Part shown: positions 8,066 through 16,739 of the stretch, in pieces
How positions within the stretch are numbered: position 1 is the stretch's first letter
Layout of the letters: every line of letters begins with the position of its first letter
Origin: Simkaniaceae bacterium
Lineage (GTDB): Bacteria > Chlamydiota > Chlamydiia > Chlamydiales > Simkaniaceae
DNA length: 22,722 nucleotides
Direction of reading: 5' to 3'
Assembly (NCBI GenBank): GCA_050248615.1
Contig: JBFWSA010000032.1
Location: 1-22,722 of the forward strand
Notes under the pieces: model-generated
Databases searched by the model: none
What the model was told of the DNA's origin: nothing
The model's input: the letters and a program-made list of their open reading frames with translations, nothing else
Made by a program: the position numbers and the translations under genes

Positions 8066-8907
8066 GACTGTGGATTATTGGAAAACGTGGATTGCTTTCC
8101 CAAGCCTTTCAACGTAAATGTCAAGAAAAAGGGATCGATTATCTAGCAACTTCCCGAAAAGAGGTAGATCTGCAAGATGTAAAGAGTGTGCGTGCCCAAT
8201 TTGAAACCCTTTTGTTTACCCATGTCATAAACTGTAGTGGGTATACAGCTGTTGATCGTGCAGAAGAGGAGAGTGAGGCAGCTCATGCCCTCAACGGTGA
8301 GGCTGTAGAACTTTTAGCACGCTTAGCGAAGCAGCATGGGAAAAAAATGATTCATTTTTCGACAGACTATGTTTTCGATGGAAAGGCAGAAGAGTATTCA
8401 GAAGGAGCCGAAACAGCCCCCCTTTCTGTCTATGGAAAATCCAAGGAAAGAGGAGAGAAAAAGCTTTTCGAGCAGTATCCCGAGGCCTGCTTAGTGCGTA
8501 CTTCGTGGCTTTTTGGGAGAGACGGAAGAGATTTTGTGAAGAAGATGGTCGAGATGATGCAAAGTCAGGAAGACATTCGTGTGGTAAGTGATCAGAAGGG
8601 ACGTCCCACCTATGCCGATGATTTAGCTGAAGCGGTCCTCTCGATATTAGATCAGTCGGGGATTTTTCACTTTGCGAACTCCGGACCTGTTTCTTGGCAT
8701 GAATGGGCTCTAGCAATTCGTGAAAAATTGCGAGCGAAAAATGTTCCCTTACGCTGTCAAAAGATCCATGCGGTTTCGACAGAGGCGCATGGCGCTAGAG
8801 CGCCTCGCCCTAAATCCTCAGTATTAGCTACCGAAAAGTTTGATACCCCCCATTGGGAAGCCGGGTTAGAAGAGGTTTTATCAAGTGTTATCTCATCCCT
8901 TAAATAG
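8062..8907 (+). CDS. rmlD: dTDP-4-dehydrorhamnose reductase
   Basis: YTAVDRAE, STDYVFDG, VYGKSK..GE, RTSWLFG, DQKGRPT. Start MRLWIIG at 8062 gives an ATGA overlap with rmlC. Confidence 0.92.
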   Translation: MRLWIIGKRGLLSQAFQRKCQEKGIDYLATSRKEVDLQDVKSVRAQFETLLFTHVINCSGYTAVDRAEEESEAAHALNGEAVELLARLAKQHGKKMIHFSTDYVFDGKAEEYSEGAETAPLSVYGKSKERGEKKLFEQYPEACLVRTSWLFGRDGRDFVKKMVEMMQSQEDIRVVSDQKGRPTYADDLAEAVLSILDQSGIFHFANSGPVSWHEWALAIREKLRAKNVPLRCQKIHAVSTEAHGARAPRPKSSVLATEKFDTPHWEAGLEEVLSSVISSLK

Positions 8908-9877
8908 CCACATCTTAGTGACGGGAGGGGCGGGTTTTATGGGGTCCTCCTTTATTCGCTATCTATTGGAAAAGGATGGCTTTACAGGGCGTATTACGAA
9001 TCTAGATCTTTTGACCTATGCAGGGAATTTAGACAATGTTGCCTCAGTGGAAAAAGACGGGCGGTATCAATTTATTCAGGGGGATATTCGCAAGGCAGAT
9101 CTTTTAGAATCCTTAGAGGATCCCCCCGATATCATTGTCCATTTTGCAGCTGAGACCCATGTTGATCGGAGCATCAAAAGTCCCCAGGTCTTTTTAGAAA
9201 CGAACGTTTTGGGAACTTATCACCTTTTGGAGTATGTGAGAAAGCATCCTGCAACACACTTTCATCATATTTCTACAGATGAGGTGTATGGGGCATTAGG
9301 CCTAGAAGGGGTGTTCTCAGAAAGCTCTCCCTATCGTCCCAACTCTCCCTATTCAGCCTCAAAAGCGAGCTCCGATCATCTCGTGCGTTCTTATGCAGAG
9401 ACCTATGGTATTTCCACAACCCTTTCCCACGCCAGTAATAACTATGGTCCTTGCCAGTATGCGGAAAAATTTATTCCCCTCATGATTGAGCACGCTATGC
9501 AAAGAAAACCCTTACCCGTTTATGGAAGGGGGGAAAATAGGCGCGAGTGGCTCTTTGTCGCAGATCATTCCGCAGCGATCTATGCGATTTTATCTCACGG
9601 AAAAAAGGGAGAAGTCTATAATGTGGGCGGAGGAACCGAGCTGCGTAATATCGATCTTTTGCATAAAATTTTAGAACTGATGGGAGATGCGTCATTAAAA
9701 AGCTTGATTACCTATGTTGAAGATCGCCCCGGCCATGATTTTCGGTATGCGATGCAAGGGGATAAGATCAGAGCTTTGGGGTGGCAGCCTCAATGGTCCT
9801 TAGAAGAGGGTCTCAAAGAAACCATAAGGTGGATGCATGAAAAAAGTATGTGTTATTCCAGCAAGGCTAGCCTCTAG
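8885..9877 (+). CDS. rmlB: dTDP-glucose 4,6-dehydratase
   Basis: LVTGGAGFMGS, LTYAGN, FAAETHVDRSI, ISTDEVYG, PNSPYSASKA, DRPGHDFRY. Confidence 0.95.
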   Translation: MLSHPLNSHILVTGGAGFMGSSFIRYLLEKDGFTGRITNLDLLTYAGNLDNVASVEKDGRYQFIQGDIRKADLLESLEDPPDIIVHFAAETHVDRSIKSPQVFLETNVLGTYHLLEYVRKHPATHFHHISTDEVYGALGLEGVFSESSPYRPNSPYSASKASSDHLVRSYAETYGISTTLSHASNNYGPCQYAEKFIPLMIEHAMQRKPLPVYGRGENRREWLFVADHSAAIYAILSHGKKGEVYNVGGGTELRNIDLLHKILELMGDASLKSLITYVEDRPGHDFRYAMQGDKIRALGWQPQWSLEEGLKETIRWMHEKSMCYSSKASL

Positions 9878-10580
9878 CCGTTTTCCTCGTAAAGTTCTTA
9901 GCATGTTAGGAGAAAAACCCATGCTTCAATGGGTTTGGGAAGCGGCAACAAGTTCAGAGATCTTTGATGAAGTGACGTTTGCCATCGATGATTATGAAAC
10001 AGCACGCCTTATCGATAGTTTTGAGGGGAATCACATCATGACTTCTCCAGAGTGCCTCAGTGGGACCGATCGCTTAGTTGAATTACATACTTCAGGAAAA
10101 CTTCAAGGAGATATTTGGGTTAACTGGCAAGGAGATGAACCCTTTATTCGACGTGAAATGATTGAAGATCTTTTGCAAACAGCACACGAAAAAAAATTTG
10201 ATATTTACTCTCTCAAAAAAAAGATTAACAACGAAGAGTGCGTTGAAGACCCCAATACAGTAAAAGTAGTGACCAATCTTGAAGGACGCGCCCTCTATTT
10301 TTCCCGCTCTCCCATCCCTTACTACCGTGATGTCATCGACTTCGAAGAAACTCCCTACTACAAACATATCGGGATCTATGCTTATTCAGAAGAAGCACTC
10401 TCAAAAATCGCTACCTTTTCCCCGACACCTCTAGAACTAGCAGAACAGCTTGAACAACTCCGTTTTCTAGAAAATGGGCTCTCCCTTCAAGTTCACAACA
10501 CCGAACATGAAACTTTAGGGATTGACACCCCAGAAAACTTAGCTCAGGCAATCGACAGGATCTCTAGCCAAATCGTCTAA
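9837..10580 (+). CDS. kdsB: 3-deoxy-manno-octulosonate cytidylyltransferase
   Basis: IPARLASSRFP, SGTDR, QGDEP, ALYFSRSPIP, KHIGIYAY, EQLEQLR. Confidence 0.94.
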   Translation: MKKVCVIPARLASSRFPRKVLSMLGEKPMLQWVWEAATSSEIFDEVTFAIDDYETARLIDSFEGNHIMTSPECLSGTDRLVELHTSGKLQGDIWVNWQGDEPFIRREMIEDLLQTAHEKKFDIYSLKKKINNEECVEDPNTVKVVTNLEGRALYFSRSPIPYYRDVIDFEETPYYKHIGIYAYSEEALSKIATFSPTPLELAEQLEQLRFLENGLSLQVHNTEHETLGIDTPENLAQAIDRISSQIV

Positions 10581-10583
10581 GCC

Positions 10584-10622
10584 ATAGCTAAATCACCCCA
10601 TTTTTAAACTGCTTTAGCTATA
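10584..10622. repeat. collapsed remnant of a family C element
   Basis: 10589-10622 matches the C right arm (6709-6742) at 28/34 positions and retains ATAGCTAAA/TTTAGCTAT ends. Confidence 0.7.
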
Positions 10623-10687
10623 TACCAAAATGCTTTCTTTAAGTTATGTTCAAGTATTTTTTGAAAAGGATAACTTTAGGCGGGTCT

Positions 10688-11710
10688 ATGAAAAAAGCTT
10701 TTTTTCTTTTATGTTTTTTCCTTTGGAACAGTATTTTTGCAGAAGGAGAACCAAGACCCCCTACATCAAGATGCAATGGATATACACGATTATTTTTAAC
10801 GGGAGATTTTATTTATTGGAAAGCCCGACAAGAAGAGTTAAATTCTATTGCGAATTTTAGTTTTTTCCAAGAAGGAGTTGAGAGAGATATTCGCGTTAAA
10901 GCAAAAGATATCGATTTCAAGTTTAGTCCAGGATTTAAATTAGGCCTTGGAGGAAACCTCCCTTATGATGGATGGGATCTCTATTTAAACTGGACGCATC
11001 TACATAACAACCCCGTTACTACCTATAAATCAGCGTCTCATGATTTAGTTAATATTGAAAGGCTCCAGGGAGGGGCTCCTTTTGTTACTAATGATGCAAC
11101 AGTGCGCTTTAATCTCATGCTAAATGTTGTTGATTTTGATTGGGGACGGAGATGGAGCCTGAGTGACGCCTGGAGCATTCGCCCTTCTTTTGGTGCGAAA
11201 GCACTTTGGATTCATCAAAAGATTGGCTATAAATTTGAAAACGTTCAAACGATACCTATCCCTAATTTGGGACCTATCCCAGGTTTTCCAGAGTTTATTG
11301 ATGCAACCAATAATTACTGGGGTATTGGGCCCTATTTTGCTTTTGAAGGAAAGTGGAGTTTTGGTTGGGGGATCGGCATCCTGGGGAAGCTATCGGGATC
11401 GATTGTATGGGGTGAATTCAAACAAAAAGCGAGGTCAGACGAAAATGAGCTAGAGTTTTCCGGAGGCAATCCTACAGTCTCTCTAACCCATGTTCATCAG
11501 GAAGCAGATGCTTATCGGGTCCGCCCAACAGCGCAAATGTTTATAGGAATAGATTGGGAAAGGTGCTTGATTCCTGATCGATTCTCACTTCAGCTACGTG
11601 TGGGGTATGAGACTCAGTATTATTGGGGGCAGCTCCTCAATGTTCGAGATATAGAAGAGAGCGATCTATCTTTAGAGGGGCTGACTGCAATGGCTCGCAT
11701 AGATTTCTAA
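10688..11710 (+). CDS. MOMP-like / Lpg1974-family outer-membrane beta-barrel porin
   Basis: Signal peptide MKKAFFLL (start 10688 preferred over 10646), GDFIYWKA, PGFKLGLG, DGWDLY, GYETQYYW, C-terminal RIDF. Confidence 0.85.
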   Translation: MKKAFFLLCFFLWNSIFAEGEPRPPTSRCNGYTRLFLTGDFIYWKARQEELNSIANFSFFQEGVERDIRVKAKDIDFKFSPGFKLGLGGNLPYDGWDLYLNWTHLHNNPVTTYKSASHDLVNIERLQGGAPFVTNDATVRFNLMLNVVDFDWGRRWSLSDAWSIRPSFGAKALWIHQKIGYKFENVQTIPIPNLGPIPGFPEFIDATNNYWGIGPYFAFEGKWSFGWGIGILGKLSGSIVWGEFKQKARSDENELEFSGGNPTVSLTHVHQEADAYRVRPTAQMFIGIDWERCLIPDRFSLQLRVGYETQYYWGQLLNVRDIEESDLSLEGLTAMARIDF

Positions 11711-11734
11711 AACTTCAAAGTTCGATTTTTAATT

Positions 11735-11853
11735 TACAGCTAAATTTATTTAAAATTGGGATGATTTATGCGAATCTTTCCGTTGTTCTTCGACTTCTTA
11801 AAATCTCTCCTTGTCTAATGGACAATGGTCTCAATTAAATAAATTTAGCTATA
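11735..11853. mobile_element. family C element, inverted relative to 6407, one arm largely deleted
   Basis: Reverse complement aligns to 6484-6501 joined to 6668-6742 without the E insert; ends TACAGCTAAATTTATTTAA / TTAAATAAATTTAGCTATA. Confidence 0.85.
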
Positions 11854-11871
11854 CACGAAAGAATCTCTCTG

Positions 11872-11900
11872 TTGACAAAGCAATCCAAAACCGTTAGCCT
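11872..11900 (+). promoter_or_regulatory. putative promoter of sufBCDS
   Basis: TTGACA-N17-TAGCCT, 9 nt before ATG 11910. Confidence 0.55.
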
Positions 11901-11909
11901 TTCTGGCAA

Positions 11910-13349
11910 ATGTCTACAGAAGAGCTGATAGCCTCTCGAGAGGAATATAAATATGGTTTTCGGACCGAGATTGAGTCTGAGACCTTTCCTAAAGGCCTTA
12001 ACGAAGAAACGGTAAGAGCCATCTCAGCAAAGAAGGAAGAACCCGCGTTCTTACTGGATTTTCGCTTGAAAGCCTATAGGAAATGGAAAGAAATGTCCCC
12101 ACCTAACTGGGGGCAGCTCAAGATCGATCCCTTGGATTTTCAAGAAATCCGTTACTACTCTGCGCCCAAAAAAAAGCAGCAACTAAGTAGTTTGGATGAA
12201 GTCGATCCTGAGATTTTGCGTACCTTTGAAAAGCTAGGAATTCCTTTAACAGAGCAAAAACAGCTCTCCAATGTTGCTGTGGATGTAGTCTTTGATTCGG
12301 TGTCACTTGGGACAACTTTTCACGAAACCTTAGAAAAAGCGGGAGTGATCCTTTGCTCGATGAGCGAAGCGGTGAAAAAGTATCCCGAGCTGATAGAAAA
12401 ATATTTAGGCACCGTCGTTCCTATTGGGGACAATTTTTATGCCGCCCTCAATTCGGCTGTCTTCTCCGATGGATCTTTTGTTTATGTTCCTAAAGGGGTT
12501 CGCTCACCGGTAGAACTTTCCACCTATTTCCGCATTAATGAAAGGGAAACAGGACAGTTTGAACGGACACTGATTATTGCAGAGCCAGGATCTTATGTGA
12601 GTTATTTAGAAGGGTGCACAGCGCCAGCTTATGATGAAAATCAACTTCATGCAGCTGTTGTGGAACTTATCGCATTAGAAAGAGCCGAAATCAAGTACTC
12701 CACTGTGCAAAACTGGTATGCTGGCGATAAAAAAACCGGGAAAGGGGGCATTTACAACTTTGTCACAAAGCGGGGAAAATGCGCCGGAAATCATTCAAAA
12801 ATTTCCTGGACGCAAGTGGAGGCTGGTGCTGCTATTACCTGGAAATACCCTAGTTGTATTTTACAAGGAGATGATTCTGTAGGGGAATTTTATTCCGTTG
12901 CCCTTACCAATGGAAAGATGCAAGCAGATACGGGAACTAAAATGATTCACCTGGGGAAACGGACAAAATCGACAATTATCTCGAAAGGGATTTCTGCAGA
13001 CACCTCTTCGAATACCTACCGGGGACTTGTTCATATTTCTTCAAAAGCAGAGGGAGCGCGTAATTTTACCCAGTGTGACTCCATGCTGGTCAAAAATGCG
13101 TGCAGCGCGAATACCTTTCCTTACATCGAAGTCCACAACGATACAGCTGAAGTTGAGCATGAGGCATCGACTTCTAAAATGAATGAAGAGCAACTTTTTT
13201 ATCTTCAATCCCGTGGGATCTCTCTTGAAGATGCGATCCATATGATTGTGAATGGATTTTGTAAACGGGTCATCAAAGAGCTTCCCTTAGAATTTGCTGT
13301 TGAAGCTCAAAAACTTTTAACCCTTAAACTGGAAGGATCGGTTGGATAA
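11910..13349 (+). CDS. sufB: Fe-S cluster assembly protein SufB
   Basis: [46 protein letters not shown]. Confidence 0.97.
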   Translation: MSTEELIASREEYKYGFRTEIESETFPKGLNEETVRAISAKKEEPAFLLDFRLKAYRKWKEMSPPNWGQLKIDPLDFQEIRYYSAPKKKQQLSSLDEVDPEILRTFEKLGIPLTEQKQLSNVAVDVVFDSVSLGTTFHETLEKAGVILCSMSEAVKKYPELIEKYLGTVVPIGDNFYAALNSAVFSDGSFVYVPKGVRSPVELSTYFRINERETGQFERTLIIAEPGSYVSYLEGCTAPAYDENQLHAAVVELIALERAEIKYSTVQNWYAGDKKTGKGGIYNFVTKRGKCAGNHSKISWTQVEAGAAITWKYPSCILQGDDSVGEFYSVALTNGKMQADTGTKMIHLGKRTKSTIISKGISADTSSNTYRGLVHISSKAEGARNFTQCDSMLVKNACSANTFPYIEVHNDTAEVEHEASTSKMNEEQLFYLQSRGISLEDAIHMIVNGFCKRVIKELPLEFAVEAQKLLTLKLEGSVG

Positions 13350-14074
13350 TGCTAATCATTGAAAACTTACATGTATCTGTAGAAGGGGAGCCTATTCTCA
13401 GGGGGTTTTCTCTTACTGTCAATGCAGGTGAAATCCATGCAATCATGGGGCCCAATGGAGCGGGAAAATCGACCCTTGCAAAAGTTTTAGCGGGGCATCC
13501 CCATTATGAAGTGACCCAAGGGACCATCCATTTCTGCGGACAAGATCTTTTAGCGTTGGAGCCTGAAGAGCGCTCCCATTTAGGCCTATTTATGGGTTTT
13601 CAGTATCCCGTTGAAATCCCTGGGGTCAGTAACTTTCAGTTTTTACATAGCGCCCTGAGTGCCAAACAAAAAAAGAGCATCAGCGAAGAGGATTTCCGCA
13701 AAATCTTAGAAGAAAAAATGGATGCTATCCATATTCCCAGATCCTTTGCCGATCGGGATGTTAATGGAGGGTTTTCTGGAGGGGAAAAGAAGCGGAATGA
13801 AATTCTCCAAATGGCGGTTTTAGAACCCAAGCTTGCCATTTTAGATGAGACCGACTCAGGGCTTGACATCGATGCTATGCGGATCGTTGCTGAGGGGGTG
13901 AGTCGCCAAATGCATGGGGAAAATGCTCTCATATTAATTACCCATTACCAACGCTTACTCGATTATATCAAACCCCATTTTGTCCATGTGGTTGTTGAAG
14001 GAAAAATTGTAGAATCAGGGAATCATACCCTGGCCCTGCATTTAGAAGAAAAAGGGTATGCGTTGCACCAATGA
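13349..14074 (+). CDS. sufC: Fe-S cluster assembly ATPase SufC
   Basis: GPNGAGKST, FQYPVEIPGV, FSGGEKKRNE, LDETDSGLDID. Confidence 0.97.
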   Translation: MLIIENLHVSVEGEPILRGFSLTVNAGEIHAIMGPNGAGKSTLAKVLAGHPHYEVTQGTIHFCGQDLLALEPEERSHLGLFMGFQYPVEIPGVSNFQFLHSALSAKQKKSISEEDFRKILEEKMDAIHIPRSFADRDVNGGFSGGEKKRNEILQMAVLEPKLAILDETDSGLDIDAMRIVAEGVSRQMHGENALILITHYQRLLDYIKPHFVHVVVEGKIVESGNHTLALHLEEKGYALHQ

Positions 14075-15240
14075 GCTTTCTAGAAACCCTAGCCCCCCAT
14101 TATAAAAGTCGCGATCAGTGGAAGCAAAAAGCTTGGGAAAGGCTTCACCTTAAAGGATTTCCCAATCGCAAGTGGGGAGCTTTTCAATATGTTCCCTTAA
14201 AAGCTCTCTACGAAACATCCTTTATCCCTCTAACGAAAGCAACACCTGCAATTGAAAAGAAAAAAAATACTTGTGTTTTTGTTAATGGAGAATTTCGCCC
14301 AGAGTTATCTCAAGTTGAGCAGATCATCTGTTTACCCTTATCCGAAGCGATCCGTTCTTATGGAATGCTATTACATAAAAACTGGGTGCAAATGCTTGCC
14401 GAGGAAACCAATCCTTTTTTCCTTCTTAATCATGCTCTTTATGAAGAGGGGCTTTTTCTTTATGTCCCTCCCCAAGTGCAGTCCTCAATAGAGTGGCTTT
14501 TTCTTACAGTAGGAGATAGCACAATCCATATGCCGAAAATGGAAGTGCATTTAGGAAAAGGAGCTGTGTTAAACATTCAGTCTCACCACCGCGGAGAAGG
14601 AAGCTATTGGCATAATGAGTCCTTAAGTATGTCGCTAGATGAAGGGGCGCGCCTTTTTCTTGAAGAGAAAATCTCCCACTCCGCTGAAGCCTTTGGGTTT
14701 CATAGCAAACGGTTAAAGTTAAAACGGGATGCAAAATTCGAATGTCTTGTTCTTTCAAAGGGAGCAAAAGTAGAACGCCATGATATCGCTGCTGTTCTAA
14801 AAGGGGAAAATGGGGAAGTAGATCTAAAAGGTCTCTCTCTACTTTCCGAAAAAAGAGAAATGCATCATCATCTTTTTGTAAAACATGAGGCTCCTCATAC
14901 GCGTTCTAATCAACATTATAAAACGGTGCTAAGTGATCGTGCGCGTTCGAGTTTTGAAGGGAAGATTTATGTGGAAAAAGAGGCGCAAAAAACAGAGGCC
15001 TATCAGCTCAATAACAATTTACTGCTGAGCCCCAAAGCGCAAGCCATGAGTAAACCTAACTTAGAGATTATGGCAGATGATGTGAAAGCCTCCCATGGAG
15101 CGACGTGTACTCAACCTAAAGCCGATGAAATGTTCTATTTACGAACCCGCGGCTTAAGTGAAAAAGAGGCCAAGCGCCATCTTGTAAAAGGCTTTTGTCG
15201 TGAACTCATGAATGACGAGGTGATTGATGCAAGTTTTTGA
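14071..15240 (+). CDS. sufD: Fe-S cluster assembly protein SufD
   Basis: FEGKIYV, AQKTEAYQLNNNLLLS, KPNLEIMADDVKASHGAT, FYLRTRG. Confidence 0.93.
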   Translation: MSFLETLAPHYKSRDQWKQKAWERLHLKGFPNRKWGAFQYVPLKALYETSFIPLTKATPAIEKKKNTCVFVNGEFRPELSQVEQIICLPLSEAIRSYGMLLHKNWVQMLAEETNPFFLLNHALYEEGLFLYVPPQVQSSIEWLFLTVGDSTIHMPKMEVHLGKGAVLNIQSHHRGEGSYWHNESLSMSLDEGARLFLEEKISHSAEAFGFHSKRLKLKRDAKFECLVLSKGAKVERHDIAAVLKGENGEVDLKGLSLLSEKREMHHHLFVKHEAPHTRSNQHYKTVLSDRARSSFEGKIYVEKEAQKTEAYQLNNNLLLSPKAQAMSKPNLEIMADDVKASHGATCTQPKADEMFYLRTRGLSEKEAKRHLVKGFCRELMNDEVIDASF

Positions 15241-16465
15241 TGTGTGGAGAGTGCGGGAAGATTTTCCCATGCTAAAAAAAACCATGAATGGAAGACCTCT
15301 TGTCTATCTTGACTCAGCAGCAACAGCACATAAGCCCCATAGCGTTATCCAGGCGATGCATCATTTTTACGAGAAAGAATATGGGACAGTCCATCGCGCT
15401 GTCTATGAACTGGCTGCCCACTCTACAGAAATGTACAGTGAAGTGCGCGGTAAGATGCAACGTTTTATCCATGCCCGCGACGAAGAAGAAATCATTTTTA
15501 CTCGAGGAACGACGGAATCGATCAATTTAGTGGCCTATTCTTTTGGAAAAGCGTTCATTCAAGAAGGGGATGAAATCATTATTTCTGAGATGGAACATCA
15601 TTCCAACATTGTTCCTTGGCAAATTTTATGCAAAGAGTCTGGCGCCAAGCTAAAATTTATCCCCATCAATGAAAAAGGGGAGCTTCGCTTAGATGTTTTT
15701 GATGAAATTTTATCGGAACGAACCAAGCTTGTGAGTATTGCACACATTGCCAATTCTACGGGAACTCTCAATCCCATCGAAGAAATCATCCAAAAAGCCC
15801 ATGCTTTTGGTGCAAAGGTGATGATTGATGGAGCCCAAGCAGTCTCTCACCGCCTCATCGATGTGCAAGCCCTCGATGTCGATTTTTATGCCTTTTCAGG
15901 GCATAAAATGTATGGCCCCACCGGTATTGGTATTCTCTATGGAAAGAGAGCCCTTCTCAATGAGATGCCCCCCTTTATGGGAGGAGGAGATATGATTGAA
16001 GAGGTGTATATGGATCATTCCACCTTTCAAGAAGCTCCATTGAAGTTTGAAGCAGGAACCCCCTCTATTGCAGAAGTCATTGGATTGGGGGCAGCGATTG
16101 ATTATATTGAATCTATTGGAAGAGAAGCCATTGATCTATGGCAAAACAAATTACTACGTCATGCAACAGAAAAACTCCAAGAGATCAAAGGGCTGCGCAT
16201 TATTGGTTCTGCAAAACAGAAAGGACCCATTATTAGTTTTGCTCTAGAGGACCTCCATCCTCTTGACTTGGGAACGATTTTAGGCCTCAAAGGAATTGCG
16301 ATCCGAACTGGACACCTGTGCGCCCAACCGACACTCCGACGCTTTGGACAAGAGGCCCTTGCACGCCTCTCCTTTGGAATTTATAACACCCATGATGAAA
16401 TCGATCTCTGCGTCCACGCCATCAAAGAAGCCGCCGTACTCCTTAAACCAGAAATGTCTTACTAA
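15224..16465 (+). CDS. sufS: cysteine desulfurase SufS
   Basis: YLDSAATA, EHHSNIVPW, FSGHKMYGPTG, RTGHLCAQP. Confidence 0.95.
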   Translation: MMQVFDVWRVREDFPMLKKTMNGRPLVYLDSAATAHKPHSVIQAMHHFYEKEYGTVHRAVYELAAHSTEMYSEVRGKMQRFIHARDEEEIIFTRGTTESINLVAYSFGKAFIQEGDEIIISEMEHHSNIVPWQILCKESGAKLKFIPINEKGELRLDVFDEILSERTKLVSIAHIANSTGTLNPIEEIIQKAHAFGAKVMIDGAQAVSHRLIDVQALDVDFYAFSGHKMYGPTGIGILYGKRALLNEMPPFMGGGDMIEEVYMDHSTFQEAPLKFEAGTPSIAEVIGLGAAIDYIESIGREAIDLWQNKLLRHATEKLQEIKGLRIIGSAKQKGPIISFALEDLHPLDLGTILGLKGIAIRTGHLCAQPTLRRFGQEALARLSFGIYNTHDEIDLCVHAIKEAAVLLKPEMSY

Positions 16466-16739
16466 CGCAAATTGAGACCATTGCAAAAGTCATTCCATTC
16501 ATCTAAGTTGATCTATTTTGATTAAATTTTTTTCTCTTTTTCGCTCAGCTCTCTAGAGCTGACCTCAAAAGCTGAGAAAAATTTTCTCTAAAAAATCTCA
16601 ACTCATCTGAATGAAAGCATTTTTGCAACGGTCTCAAATTGCGGATTAGATCTCTATAAAAACACCCATCTTTTTGGGATCTTTATAGGAAAAACTGCTT
16701 AAAGATAGCGCTTTGGCTATCTCCTTCGCAGATTTTTCT
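16466..16739. mobile_element. family A element, diverged and truncated, inverted relative to 3428, interrupted by a family B element
   Basis: 16643-16739 aligns to the reverse complement of the 3428-3587 copy (GGATTAGATCTCTAT...GGAAAAACTGCT...CTTTGGCTATCTCCTTCGCAGATTTTTCT); its first bases CGCAAATT are at 16466-16473. Confidence 0.75.
16474..16635. mobile_element. palindromic MITE-like element, family B (162 bp)
   Basis: TIR GAGACC(A/G)TTGCAAAA, imperfect pairing to the apex TCAGCTC-TCTA-GAGCTGA; flanking direct repeat AAATT (16469-16473, 16636-16640). Confidence 0.85.

Noticed and set aside
11623..11838. 71-aa ORF crossing the porin end and the C element
   Set aside because: Out-of-frame overlap with the porin plus repeat sequence; no coding evidence.
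16466..16737. Possible sufE/sufU pseudogene after sufS
   Set aside because: The interval is fully explained by the A and B elements.
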